From positions 114,764,001 to 114,828,000 of the forward strand of contig NC_087436.1 of NCBI RefSeq assembly GCF_036321535.1: 64,000 nucleotides of DNA, given 5' to 3'. The DNA is from Camelus dromedarius. Its lineage: Eukaryota. The first letter of the stretch is position 1. Every line of letters starts with the position of its first letter. Below are positions 25,081 through 37,565 of this stretch, piece after piece. The position numbers and the translations under genes were made by a program. The notes beneath the pieces were generated by a model that did no database searches, had not been told where the DNA came from, and was given only the letters and a program-made list of their open reading frames with translations.

Positions 25081-25964
25081 AATGTTTTGTTGTGTTTTTG
25101 GATGGCGTTTATTTTTCACCAACTTGCTTTTCTTTGCCATTTTTTTTTCCTTCTGCCAGGTTTCCGTGTCTATTATGTTTTCTTGTGTCCGTCATATTCT
25201 TGGCTCATTTCCTAACTGGCCTCCCTCCCTCTTCTCTGGGGCCTTTCTTTTTCCTTTACCTGCCCCCTCGATGTTCTTTCTTTCAGTCCTGGTGCACGTG
25301 TTCAGACCCAGGTCAGGGTCGGATGTGGTTGGTCCTGCTGGCCACTGTTGCTGTGGTTTGCCTGTGGTGCCCTGGGATTGGCAAGGTCTTGGACAGACTG
25401 TCCAGGAGTTGCAAAGACTGGGGCCACCTAAATCTCTCCATTCCCAGGGTATCCGCCCCACAATTGATTGTGATGGCAAGGTCTTGCATTTCTTCCTCAT
25501 TCAACATGTGGTCTTCCTCTTCGTTTTGCCTGCCTCCTTTAAAAAAAGTCTCCTATTAGAAGGACATGCTCCTTGCTTTTGAAATTTGGGCAGATTTGCA
25601 GCAACGGGAGAAAGGATGGTGTGTTGGGTGAGACGTGCAATGGGAGTTAGGAAACCAGGGTCCTTTGTCCCAGCGGCTACTCACATAGTGCCTGTGGGAC
25701 ACTGGGCAGTAGCTAAACTCTCTGATGGTCAGTTTTCTGAGAGGTTTGCATAAGATCAGTGTGTCGTCTTCTCCTGGGGTCCATAATGTCACTAAATCCT
25801 CCTCTGGGGCTCCAGGCATGATAGAGGAGCCAAGCTGTCTTGATAAAGTAGACCTGAGAGACTCAAAGGGGTAAAATTTGTCTCTAGGATCTAAGGATGA
25901 CAGCTTACAAAGTGTGGTTCAAGGCCTAGCCTATAGGGACTCCTTAGAGCTCTGTGAAAGTTGA

Positions 25965-26280
25965 GTAACTTACTTAATAAATCATCATCGAAGGCTTACC
26001 ATAGCAGCAGACAGACAAGACAGATCCCTGATGTCATGGAGCTTAACTCTGGTTAGCATTTCAGGTGGTTATAAGTGCTAGGAAGAAAGTCTCACATGCT
26101 AAGAGGAGGGTGAAAGGTTGCTATTTTATACAAGTTAGTCAGGGAAGCCTGCTGGGAGGAAGCAGCATTGGAGCAGTGTCTAGGGAAAGAGCATTCCAGG
26201 TTGGAGGAACAGTTAATGCAAAGACCTAGAGGTGGGTCGTGTGTTTGAGAAACAGCAAAGGGTGGCTGGTGCTGAGGGGT
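25965..26280 (-). mobile_element. L2 fragment
   Basis: tcatggagcttaactctgg; gggaaagagcattccagg...gcaaagacctagagg...gtgtttgagaaacagcaa. Confidence 0.75.
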
Positions 26281-27123
26281 CGGGACTCCTGGGCTCTGCC
26301 ATCAGGTCCATCACTGTATCCAAGGCCTGGAGTTGGGCAGGAGTGTGATGCTAAGCAGATGCTCCAAGGCCTGCCTGGTGACCAGGAGATGGGTGAGGGA
26401 TCTTGTAACTCTGGATCCTGAGTCTTTAGTCCAGTTAACGAGCATTCTGTTGAAGACTAGTCATCTATGATCCTAGTAGTCTGTGGTAGACTCTGTGGAA
26501 CCTTGCTTTGGTAGCTTAGGAACAGTTTTCTGCTCAATTCTAGAGATTTCACCATTATCACTGTTGGTTGATCCTTTGACATCTATCATTGTGGACATGG
26601 GGCCATTTCCTGAGAGTAAGATGTCTTAACACTCAGCACTGGGGATGCAGGACAATGGATGCAGTTTCCCTCCTGATGCTCAGACAGGACTCTCAGGCTG
26701 GATTTAAGGAATCCACTGAGAAATGCAAGTAAGATTATTTAACTGAATTAATCCAATCTGGTAGGGAGACTTTGCTGGCCTCAGATTATGGATAACCCGC
26801 TGGTGCTTATTAAACAGGGAACTGCTTTGAACAACTCCGTGACTTACCCACTTTACAAAGGACTTGGAGGGCGAGGCAGTTTATCCTCATGTCTTTGTAA
26901 AACCCTCCCCTGTCTCAGCAGAAGAATCCCTTTTAGTTCCTGGGTCCAAGCAACCAGGCCTTGGGGAAAGACTACATTTGGCACACTAAGAACATTCAGG
27001 ATCAGAATTTAATCGGCCCCCTCGTTGGTTGGTTAAAGATGCTGTCAGTTTAGCAGCTTTTTTTTTTTTTTTTTCCTAATTATCTTATTTTTTTCTGTTC
27101 CAAACTGTCATTCACTGCTTCTG

Positions 27124-27270
27124 TTTTTTTTTAAATATTTTTTTGGGGGGTGGGTGGAGGCAGTTAGGTTAATTAATTAATTAATGTAACTTTAATGGAG
27201 TACTGGGATTGAACCCAGGATCTCGTGCATGCTAAGCACACACTCTGCCACTGAGCTGTACCCTCCTCCC
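27124..27270 (-). mobile_element. Vic-1-like SINE with extended tail
   Basis: gggattgaacccaggatctcgtgcatgctaagcacacactctgccactgagctgtaccctcc. Confidence 0.9.
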
Positions 27271-27919
27271 TGCCCCCTTTGGCAGCCTTCACAAGGAGAA
27301 ACTTCTGGAAAAGAGATACCACTTTCATCCGAGTGGTCTTGTTTTCTGGACCCCTGTGATAGTGGCCAGACTTCTCGGTGAACAAACAAATGTCTCTTGG
27401 GTCCTCATGCAGAAAATGTTTCCCAGATGCACCCACCACCCCTCCGCTCACTGAACTTGCTTTTTCAGCTGTGATGTCAGCTCTGGGCTTTGATTCACAA
27501 GGCAACTTAACCAGAAATCCCGCCTCTCTGCTTATCCACAAATCCTACTGTTCCTCAGGCCCAGCTTAAACCGTGCACCTTCCATGAAGATGCCCAGAAA
27601 CTCTCCCTTCTCTGCCTCTTCTGAAGCCCTAGGACACTCCCTGGCTGCCCCTGCCATGTCCAAATCGTGATCCTTCTCATTCTCCATCTCCCCATTTTGG
27701 AGAGAAATATCTTGTAGTTGGAATTCAGAGTTTACCCCACAGTGCCAAACATCAGATCTCTTTTTTGTTGTCTCCAGGTTTCTTGAAGCCGTGTCTTCTT
27801 CATTTGGGTGTCCCCAATGCCAGCATGGTGACACATTGTGGGTGATCATCAAGTATTTGATGCCAAAATCAGTATAATTATCTGAATGGATTTAGGTGGA
27901 GCACAGACAGTATGCCCAG

Positions 27920-28460
27920 CACAGGATATACACCATGTTATGAAGAACTAGTGCAAATGAATAAAAATGCAATCTGAATACCAAGAGGTACATGAAATAA
28001 TTCACATCAGATAGATTAGCAGACGGTGTTTGACTTCACTAGTTATAAGGAGGCAAAATGATCATGCTCCTTGCTGCTGGGGACTATGACTTGGGATTAT
28101 ATATGCATTGCTGGCAGCCGTGTATGTTAGTGCATGTCACTGCACATTGATAATGTGTATTCCGAGTCATAAAACATTCATGTGTTTTGACATGATAATC
28201 CTGCTCCTAGAAATTTATTATAAGAAAATAATGTAAAATAAGGAAAAGAAACCCTACAATTTTTCATAGTCGTGCTCCTTATAATTTTAAAAGCAAAGCT
28301 GCAAACTTCACATCCAATAATAAGGGTTAAATAAAATCTAATACATATGTAGTCTGTGGAATACTCTACACCTATTATAAAAAGCATTTATGGAGGTTTT
28401 AAACAAATTGAGCTACCATTTTAAATATAATGTCTAATGATAAAGCAAAATACCATCTTT
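27920..28460 (+). mobile_element. Ancient L1ME-type fragment
   Basis: ttttgacatgataatcctgctcctagaaattta; catccaataataaggg; gtggaatactctac. Confidence 0.6.
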
Positions 28461-29507
28461 TTTCAGTAGCTGTACTGAGTAGGGGAAGGAGGGATGAGTA
28501 AGAATTAGAAGAGCTGGAATTGAAGGCAAGGGACATTTATTTGGCTTGTATTTTACCCTTCCTGATCTTTGGGTTCTTTGTCTACGAAACAGGCATGGAA
28601 ATTTTTACCTCTTATAATGAGATATAATGTGTGCCAAATCCAGGTTCTGAGAATAAAGGGCATGCTCAATGCATGTAGATGATTATGATTATGATTATGG
28701 TAACTGGGAAAAGATTACTGAACTTACAACCTAGACCAAAGAGCCAGGACTATGATACATAGTTAAGACTGAATGGGGAAAATGGGCTTTGGTGTTGCTT
28801 CTGTGACTGTGGGAATTTTAGGAGGGAGAGCTTGCTGAGAAGATGAGGCAGGATTTTGAAAGATTTTAAAGGATTCCCATCTCCCTGATGGGGTGGGGAG
28901 AGCACCATAGGAGGGTGGGAAGATGAAGATGAGACAGTGAGGTGGGGATGTCCGTGGATTATGGATAAAGACAGGCTGGCCTGGTTAGTAAAGAGGGGTG
29001 TTTAAGTGAGTGAGTGGTGAGACAGATGATGAGGACAAGATTCTTCATTTCTTCCCTGGGATCTATTTTTAAAAGAAAGTGAATATTTGAATGGTAAGGT
29101 AATCCTTGGTGGAAGACTGAAGCTTCTGATGGAATGGAAGGAGTTAACAAACTCAGACTTCATCCTCTGCCTTCCTTTCCTATCCCTACACTCTGTCAGG
29201 AAATGACCCAGGACCAATCATTTACATCTTAGTATGAATTCATGTCTACTTGTTCCTGTTTTCAGCAATCAAAATTCATTGGAGAATTCTTCAAAGTATT
29301 TGTACTTTCAATCTTATTCTTTACTATTGAATGAATTACATTGTTCCATGTGATAGGAATTCCAGTAATCAGGGACTCTAGAGAGAGGCACACATTTAGT
29401 GCTGACATTGAATATGTAAATTGCCAGTAACTCTGCCTACATATAATGCCACTCCTACCATAAAATTTATCACTGTGCTTATTTCTCATTAATTAATTCA
29501 GTCTTTT

Positions 29508-29560
29508 ATCCATCCATCCATCCTCTCATCCATCCACCCTTCCATCTATCCATCCATCCA
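29508..29560. repeat. (ATCC)n degenerate microsatellite
   Basis: atccatccatccatcc...atccatccatcca. Confidence 0.8.
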
Positions 29561-29657
29561 ACCACTTTTTCCACAATCTTCAGAGCAGCAGTCATTGGGA
29601 TAATAAAAGTAAATATGACGTAGTACAAGTCCTTGAGGATCTTGGAAGATTATTCTT

Positions 29658-32573
29658 TTTTTTTTTAACATTTTTTATTGATTTATAATCATTTTACAAT
29701 GTTGTGTCAAATTCCAGTGTTCAGCACAATTTTTCAGTTATTCATGGACATATACACACTCATTGTCACATTTTCTTCTCTGTGAGTTATCATAACATTT
29801 TGTGTATATTTCCCTGTGCTATACAGTGTAGTCTATTCTACAATTTTGATATCCCAGTCTATCCCTTCCCACCCTCCACCCCCCTGGTAACCACAAGTCT
29901 GTATTCTCTGTCTGTGAGTCTATTTCTGTCCTTTATTTACGCTTTGTTTTTGTTTGTTTGTTTGTTTTTGTTTTTGTTTTTTAGATTCCACATATGAGTG
30001 ATCTCATATGGTATTTTTCTTTCTCTTTCTGGCTTACTTCACTTAGAATGACATTCTCCAGGAGCATCCATGTTGCTGCAAATGGCATTATGTTGTCGGT
30101 TTTTATGGCTGAGTAGTATTCCATTGTATAAATATACCACATCTTCTTTATCCAGTCACCTGTTGATGGACATTTAGGCTGTTTCCATGTTTTGGCTATT
30201 GTAAATAGTGCTGCTATGAACATTGGGGTGCAGGTGTCATCCTGAAGTAGATACCCTTCTGGATACAAGCCCAGGAGTGGGATTCCTGGGTCATATGGTA
30301 AGTCTATTCCTAGTCTTTTGAGGAATCTCCACATTGTTTTCCATAGTGGATGCACCAAACTGCGTTCCCACCAGCAGTGTAGGAGGGTTCCCCTTTCTCC
30401 ACAGCCTCTCCAGCATTTGTCATTTGTGGATTTTTGAATGATGGCCATTCTGACTGGTGTGGGGTGATACCTCATTGTAGTTTTGATTTGCATTTCTCTG
30501 ATAATTAGTGATATTGAGCATTTTTTCATGTGCTTTTTGATCATTTGTATGTCTTCCTTGGAGAATCGCTTGTTTAGGTCTTCTGCCCATTTTTGGATTG
30601 GGTTGTTTATTTTTTTCTTATTGAGTCGTATGAGCTGCTTATATATTCTGGAGATCAAGCCCTTGTCGGTTTCACTTGCAAAAATTTTCTCCCATTCCGT
30701 AGGTTTTCTTCTTGTTTTATTTCTGGTTTCCTTTGCTGTGCAGAAGCTTGTAAGTTTCATTAGGTCCCATTTGTTTATTCTTGCTTTTATTTCTTCTAGG
30801 AGAAAATTTTTTAAATGTATGTCAGATAATGTTTTGCCTATGTTTTCCTCTAGGAGGTTTATTGTATCTTGTCTTATGTTTAAGTCTTTAATCCATTTTG
30901 AGTTGATTTTTGTATATGGTGTAAGGGAGTCTTCTAGCTTCATTGTTTTACATGCTGCTGTCCAGTTTTCCCAACACCATTTGCTGAAGAGACTGTCTTT
31001 ATTCCAATGTATATTCTTGCCTCCTTTGTCAAAGATGAGTTGACCAAAAGTTTGTGGGTTCATTTCTGGGCTCTCTATTCTGTTCCATTGGTCTATATGT
31101 CTGTTTTGGTACCAATACCATGCTGTCTTGATGACTGTAGCTCTATAGTATTGTCTGAAGTCTGGGAGAGTTATTCCTCCAGCCTCTTTCTTTCTCTTCA
31201 GTAATGCTTTGGCAATTCTAGGTCTTTGATGGTTCCATATGAATTTTATTATGATTTTTTCTAGTTCTGTGAAATATGTCCTGGGTAATTGGATAGGGAT
31301 TGCATTAAATCTGTAGATTGCCTTGGGCAGTGTGACCATTTTAACAATATTGATTCTTCCAATCCAAGAGCATGGAATATCTTTCCATTTTTTAAAGTCT
31401 TCTTTAATTTCCTTCATCAATGGTTTATAGTTTCCTGTGTATAATTCTTTCACCTCCTTGGTTAGATTTATTCCCAGATATTTTATTACTTTGGGTGCTA
31501 TTTTAAAGGGGATTGTTTCTTTACTTTCTTCTTCTGTTGATTTATCGTTAGTGTAAAGAAATGCAACTGATTTTTGAACGTTAATTTTGTAACCTGCTAC
31601 CTTGCTGAATTCTTCAATCAGCTCTAGTAGCTTTTGTGTGGACCTTTTAGGGTTTTCTATATATAGTAACATGTCATCAGCATATAATGACACTTTTACC
31701 TCTTCTTTTCCAATTTGGATCCCTTTTATTTCTTTCTCTTGCCTGACTGCTGTGGCTAGGACTTCCAGGACTATGTTGAATAGGAGTGGTGATAGTGGGC
31801 ATCCTTGTCTTGTCCCAGATTTTAGTGGGAAGCTTTTGAGTTTTTCACCGTTGAGTACTATGCTGGCTGTAGGTTTGTCATATATAGCTTTTATTATGTT
31901 GAGATATGTTCCCTCTATACCCACTTTGGCGAGAGTTTTTATCATAAATGGGTGTTGAATTTTATCAAATGCTTTTTCTGCATCGATTGAGATGATCATG
32001 TGGTTTTTGTCCTTTCTCTTGTTGATGTGATGTATTACACTGATTGATTTGCGTATGTTGAACCAGCCTTGTGTCCCTGGGATGAACCCCACTTGGTCAT
32101 GATGTATAATCTTTTTTATGTGTTGTTGGATTCTATTTGCTAAAATTTTGGTGAGGATTTTGGCGTCTATGTTCATCAGTGATATTGGCCTATAATTCTC
32201 TTTTTTTGTAGTGTCTTTGCCTGGTTTTGGTATCAGGGTGATGGTGGCTTCATAGAATGAGTTTGGGAGTATTCCCTCCTTTTTAATCGTCTGGAAGAGT
32301 TTGAGAAGGACTGGTATGAGTTCTTCTTTGTATGTTTGGTAGAATTCCCCCGTGAAGCCGTCCGGTCCTGGACTTTTACTTGTAGGGAGGTTTTTAATTG
32401 CTATTTCTATTTCCTTTCTAGTGATCGGATTGTTCAAGTGTTCAGATTCTTCTTGATTCAGTTTTGGTGGACAGTATATTTCCAGAAACTTGTCCATCTC
32501 CTCTAGGTTATCCAGTTTGGTTCCATATAGTTTTTCATAATATTCTCGTATGATATTCTGTATTTCTATTTTG
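29658..32573 (-). mobile_element. Young 5'-truncated LINE-1 (about 2.9 kb)
   Basis: Perfect 18-bp TSD tcttggaagattattctt (29640-29657 and 32574-32591); poly(A) tail with AATAAA; 3' UTR about 29658-29980 with a G-rich tract (29863-29884); open ORF2. Confidence 0.97.
29981..32572 (-). pseudogene. L1 ORF2p C-terminal part (RT plus Cys-rich domain); endonuclease domain lost by truncation
   Basis: The 838-aa ORF from MDKFLE extends 25 more open codons to the junction ([25 protein letters not shown]). Motifs [61 protein letters not shown]. Confidence 0.95.
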
Positions 32574-33494
32574 TCTTGGAAGATTATTCTTGAACAAAAG
32601 CCCTCTTCAAATATTCTGAAAAATATTTTCTATGCAGAATTAGTTAACTAGATCAAAGACAGCAAAACAATATTCATGGATATCTCTTGTTCAGAGACTT
32701 TGCACACATTGGGCAGCTTCAAGTCAACTCTCATAGGTCTCCAGTATAAATGCCAAGTGGAGTGTCCTGCAAAGCTCCTCAATATCTGGCCCCCCAAACC
32801 TTCCCTCCTCATGTCCTGCCCCTCCCCACCACTCTAGCTGCTCTGCTGCACTGGCTCTTGGTCTTGAGCAAGCAAACTTTTTCACATCTCTGTGCTTTTG
32901 TGGACATTCTATAAATATATCCCCAGCCTGGAACACTCCTCCTCTGTCTCTTATCATCCCAGTACTCCTCCCAATCCCATTCTTATACTATTTTCTCTCT
33001 GAAGCCTTCCTGGTCCTTCCCAGGTAGAGCAAGCCACTGTCTCATTTGTATCCAAGAGCGTGTTAGGGATGCCCGTGACCACTGTGAGGCTTGTAAGATA
33101 GTAGTAGACGTCTGGCTGAAGTGGAAAGCATGTGTGATTCCAGGAGGGATGGAGTTGGCCATGAATTCTGGCTCACAACCTTCACAAATTGCTTGACCTT
33201 GAATTGGTTACCTGACATCCGTCAATTCCTGCTGCGCTCATATTCTCGTTGCTTGCCTTACTGGAAACAATGACCCCTTGCAAAGTCATTGAGGGGATAA
33301 TTGGGGCATTGTGAGGAGAGGAGCTGGTCTGTGACTTGCACATGGTAAGAGCTCAATATTTGCTCACGTGTGTCCCCTTATTGTCCGCCTTGGTATGTCA
33401 GGCTCATCAGGACACTGAGGAGCCCCCAAGGTCAGGACCACCGACTGCTTACGTGTGTGTCTTTCACAGCATCCAGAGAGCACGTGCTTCTCAG

Positions 33495-33730
33495 CAGCAG
33501 TACAGCATGGTGACTAAGAGCAGGGGCCCTGGCTCCCAGCTCCCCAGGAGAAGCCTGATGCTACCACTTCCTAGCTGTGTGAACTTAGGGAAATTGCTTG
33601 AGTTCCCTGTGACTCTGTTTTATCATCTGTTGAGTGGGGATAATAATAGTTGCTGCCTCACAGAGACGTTATGAAGTTTACCTGAGAGTCTGGCCATGGT
33701 AAGCCCTCATTAAGGGTGACTATTATTAGT
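33495..33730 (+). mobile_element. MIR SINE
   Basis: gcagtacagcatggtgactaagagc...ccacttcctagctgtgtgaacttagg...catctgttgagtggggataataatag. Confidence 0.8.
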
Positions 33731-34549
33731 AGGTGCTCAGGAGCTGCTTTTCGAAAGGCCAGTGAATAGACTTTAGTGTGCCGTGGTCTCAGGAAGTCTG
33801 GCTAACACGGAGGTGTTTATTTGGTTCGGAAAGCCTGTTTTTTGACCTACCTATAATTATTTTCTATTACTAGGTTATTATTAAGTTGAGAGGAATGACT
33901 TTCCTGTGATGGTCAATGTCCCGAAATCCTGAAGGTTAAATGCTATCGATGCTTCTTACATCCAAGTGGAAATTATTCTGTTGGTTTTAATAACGTGGAT
34001 GTGTTCTAAGGTGCATAGTTGTTCAAAAGTCAAGGTTTTTCTGTAAAGCAGTAACCAGAAATATCTGAGAATGTTTGGAAATACTCTCTTCAAGTCTTAA
34101 TCCTCCCATTCTCAAAGGATCCATGTTGCTGGCCTTTTGTGGGGAAGTTTAACCAGATGACAAAACCTCGGAGGAAAAGAGCCCTGTCTTATTCTTTATA
34201 CCCCGTTCAGCTTCCAGAGCAGTCCTGGGCCCACAACATTGCCCACTAAAGACCTGTAAGGTAATACCAAAAAAGGGGAGTTTTTATCCTTCCCAGCCTA
34301 GAGTTCATGCTCTGAATTTCCGCATGATCATCGCTCCACTCTAAGGAAAGCATTACTGTTGGTTTGTGCCAGTATTTCATTCCTGATTATGAGATTTTAA
34401 AAAAAAAATCTAAAGCAGCATCATTTTCTGTGGAGAGGGTTGGATTAAGGGAGCCCTGCGGCCGAGTGTCACCTCTGCCTTCAGTTAGCTGGTGAGTCAT
34501 GCCTTTGAGCTTGTACTTCCCCACCTGAATGTGGAGCAGTTCATGTTAA

Positions 34550-34770
34550 TACGGTGGTAATGAGGGACCACCTCAATGGCTCACCGTGCGAGACGCTGCC
34601 AAGTGCTCTAGGAGCATCCTCGCATCGGTTTCCGTAGCAGCCCTGAGCAGGATCCACGTCCACCCCCTTCCTGTTACAGGCGAGGAGTCTGAGTTTAGGG
34701 CGTGCCGTCATTTGCCAGAGGTGTAAACAGCGGGCTCAGAACTTGAGCTCGGGCCTGTTTATATTTCAGG
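34550..34770 (-). mobile_element. MIR, unusually GC/CpG-rich
   Basis: ttacaggcgaggagtctgag...catttgccagagg...agaacttgagctcggg follows the antisense MIR layout. Confidence 0.6.
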
Positions 34771-34859
34771 AGTCTATGAATAACCGTTCATGTGTGACAA
34801 AAAGTGTTAACATGTTTGATTTTTTATCAGGGAGGATGAAGAGCTGACTTCTAGTAGAT

Positions 34860-35190
34860 TAAAAAGTGCATCCATCCCTCCCTCCATCATTCCTTCCCTC
34901 CCCTGCTCCCGAGTCTTCTTCAGTCAAATCCATGGCCTACCTTACAGAGCTGGAGCAGTAATGTTCCCCCATCATTCTCCCTCTGTGGTGCTCTGTGTTT
35001 CTCTTCCTGTGTGCTGGTTATAATTGCTGTTAAATAATTAATGATTCACTGGGTTGTTTAATGTCCGTCTCTGGCTAAAATGTAAATCGTGTAATGACAG
35101 GGCTGCCTCTGCACACTCTGTGACTCCAGAGTTTACCTAACCCAGTAAACAAGGCCAAGAAGAAGTGTCTGTTAAAAGGATGAAAGAATG
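34860..35190 (+). mobile_element. L2 3' fragment
   Basis: tttaatgtccgtctc...gacagggctgcctc...aggatgaaagaatga. Confidence 0.55.
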
Positions 35191-35391
35191 AGCACATACC
35201 ACATGCCCCATGGTGGGGAGGCCAGAATTAGGAAAGGTGGACTGATGGCTGACCATGGTAGTATTTCTTTTCAATGCCGGGCCCGCCTTTCTGATTACAC
35301 ACGTCCCCAGCCGTGGGCAGTAAGGGCTAGTGGGCAGCTCTGTTGAAGCCCAAATGGCCATCCTTCATCAGTGCTCTGAAAGATCCACTCT

Positions 35392-35500
35392 TGGGGAGGG
35401 TGTAGTGCAGTGGTAGAGCATGTGCTTAGTGTGCACGAGGTTCTGGGTTCAATCCCCACTACTTCCACTAAACAAATAAATAAATGAATAAATAAACCTA
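35392..35500 (+). mobile_element. Vic-1-like SINE
   Basis: ggggagggtgtagtgcagtggtagagc...ggttcaatcccc; (AAAT)n tail ending aaacct. TSD aaagatccact (35379-35389) / aaaggtccact (35501-35511). Confidence 0.9.
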
Positions 35501-35734
35501 AAAGGTCCACTGGATGGGTGGATCACTGTTAAGCTCCTTTACAAAGTGAACATTTGTTCATTAGTTCATTCATTTGTGCACTCAGTCACTCTGTCAAGCC
35601 GTCGTCACTGCCACCAACATTTCCTGAGCACTGGCTGGTTGCGGGGGACAACGCTGTGAACAAGAGCGTACCCTCTGGGAGAGAAAAATGCTATCAGCCA
35701 TTCTCATGAATCAGAGAGTACACTTGCATTATTT

Positions 35735-35870
35735 CTGGTCCTCACTTTGACCCTGCAAGTTATTATAATTATGTTGTGAAGGAGGAAGCAGGCTTAGGGA
35801 GGGTAAGTGGCCTGGCTAAGGCCACACGGCTAGAGAGTACCAGAGCTAGGACTTGAACTGAGGGCCGATA
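35735..35870 (-). mobile_element. MIR fragment
   Basis: gaggaagcaggcttagggagggtaagtggcctggctaaggccacacggctag...ggacttgaac. Confidence 0.65.
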
Positions 35871-37371
35871 AGATTCTAGAATTCTGTCCCATGAGATAAA
35901 AGAACATGTGACTGCGGAGTGGGCAGCATATCTATGCAACTGTGAGCGTTACTGAAGATTTACATTCAATTGTATGTGCGAAATTTGCTCTTTAATGCTC
36001 TGCACTGGTGCATAGCGCACGAGCTCTCCATTGAGGAGGTCATGCAGTTAGGGGACTGAAAGGAGAGCTGGCACTGGGGCATGTCCCTTGGATGGCGTCC
36101 CCGGGGGAGGTCACATGGGATAGTCTGGAAGGAAACCAGAGCCTCACAGATGCATGTGGACTCAAGGAGAGCTTTCCAGACAGAAAAATCTCACATGTAA
36201 ACTTTTTTTTTCTCCCAGAGAGAAGGGGTTGTATGTTCACTTGTTGAGGGTGCTCTCGCGAAGGTCTGCATGTCCTCCCTCCTACTCTCTTTGGTGCAAC
36301 ACGGAACGATGATTGACCCCCCCCGCCCGCAGGCGAAGACTTCTTTAGAAGAGAGTAAAAGACCTTTAGGTGACTGTTACCCATGGTGACTGGACCGACA
36401 AAATTAGCCAGCCACAAGAGAACTTTCACCTCTGAAGCCGAAATAGTGTTGTGTGACAGTCCAAGCCTGAGCTGAGTGTAGGGAGCTCTGAGATCTGATC
36501 CTAGCACTTGCTGGCTGTGGACCTTGGCCCTGTTCCCTGAACTCTCTGTCCTTTTATTCTTTATCCCTAAAGGAAATGGGCTGAGTGAACCAGCTCAGAG
36601 GATCTTGGCTACACTCGGAGGAGCTACAGAAACTGTGGGCCAGTGCCTTGGGGAGCAACGTGGGGTCATAGGGGACACAGAGGTAGAGATCTGGGACCTC
36701 CACTCCTGCATCAACCCCAGCATTTCTGCTCTTATTTGCCTTCTCCATTGGAGATTTCATTTGAACAAAGCTTCCTCTGCTTTAAGAGAGGTCCGTTGGT
36801 CTCCCGTCGCTGCAGCCCCTTCAAGGCCCCTTCCAGAGGGGTCCTGGCCACCAATCTACATTTGGCTAAGACCTCTGTGTGACCCTGGGTGCCTCAGTTA
36901 CCTTGGACTCCTTCAAGTCAGCTCACAAAGGGCTGAGAATTGGGATTTGGCTTCAGGTCAGGAATCCTGGTGCTATCAGTGTGGGCTGTGGGATGGAGCC
37001 ACAGGACCTTGCAAGAGTGACTTTCTGGGAGGATGCAAGGAAATTTAGCAAGTCATTAAGGAAACGACTGGTGAGCAATTCGTGATCAGCTGCCAGCATC
37101 AGCTTATTTGCATGGCTGATGGTTGAAACAGGATCCTACCTGTAGCTTCCCCTGCAGGGGCTCCCAGCCAGCCCTGCCACATCGGCTGGGCCTCAGAAGC
37201 TTCTGGGTCTCCACTCACCCAGGACTGCTGGGAGGACTACAGATCAGGTGGGCCAGAGCCCGAGGGCAGCAAAGGAAAAAGGCTGGAGCCAGAGAATGAT
37301 GTCTGTTGTAGCTTCCCTCAACAGGAGAAGGAGTGGACAGCGCTATTCCAAATTGATTTCCTAATACCATG

Positions 37372-37565
37372 TAAAGAGGTATTATAGAATAGAGGCCAGT
37401 GGTTGAGCTGTGTGACTCTAGGCAAATTACTTAACTCCTGTGAGTCTCTGGTTCTTCATCTGTAAAATGGAGATGATACTTGTATATATTTCACAAGATT
37501 GATGTAAATTTTGCACTTTAGAATGTCTGTATGACACTTAGCATGGAGCCCACCATGTAGAAAAA
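37372..37565 (+). mobile_element. MIR SINE
   Basis: gctgtgtgactctaggcaaattacttaac...catctgtaaaatggagatgata. Confidence 0.8.

Noticed and set aside
25082..25582. Hydrophobic 155-166 aa ORFs
   Set aside because: The T-rich low-complexity start yields Phe/Leu runs; not a recognisable membrane protein.
30483..31958. Plus-strand ORFs of 186 aa and 118 aa
   Set aside because: They are antisense shadows of L1 ORF2.
37148..37166. CTCF-like cctgcaggggctc (and a similar one near 50941)
   Set aside because: The G-run length does not fit the CCASYAGRKGGC core.
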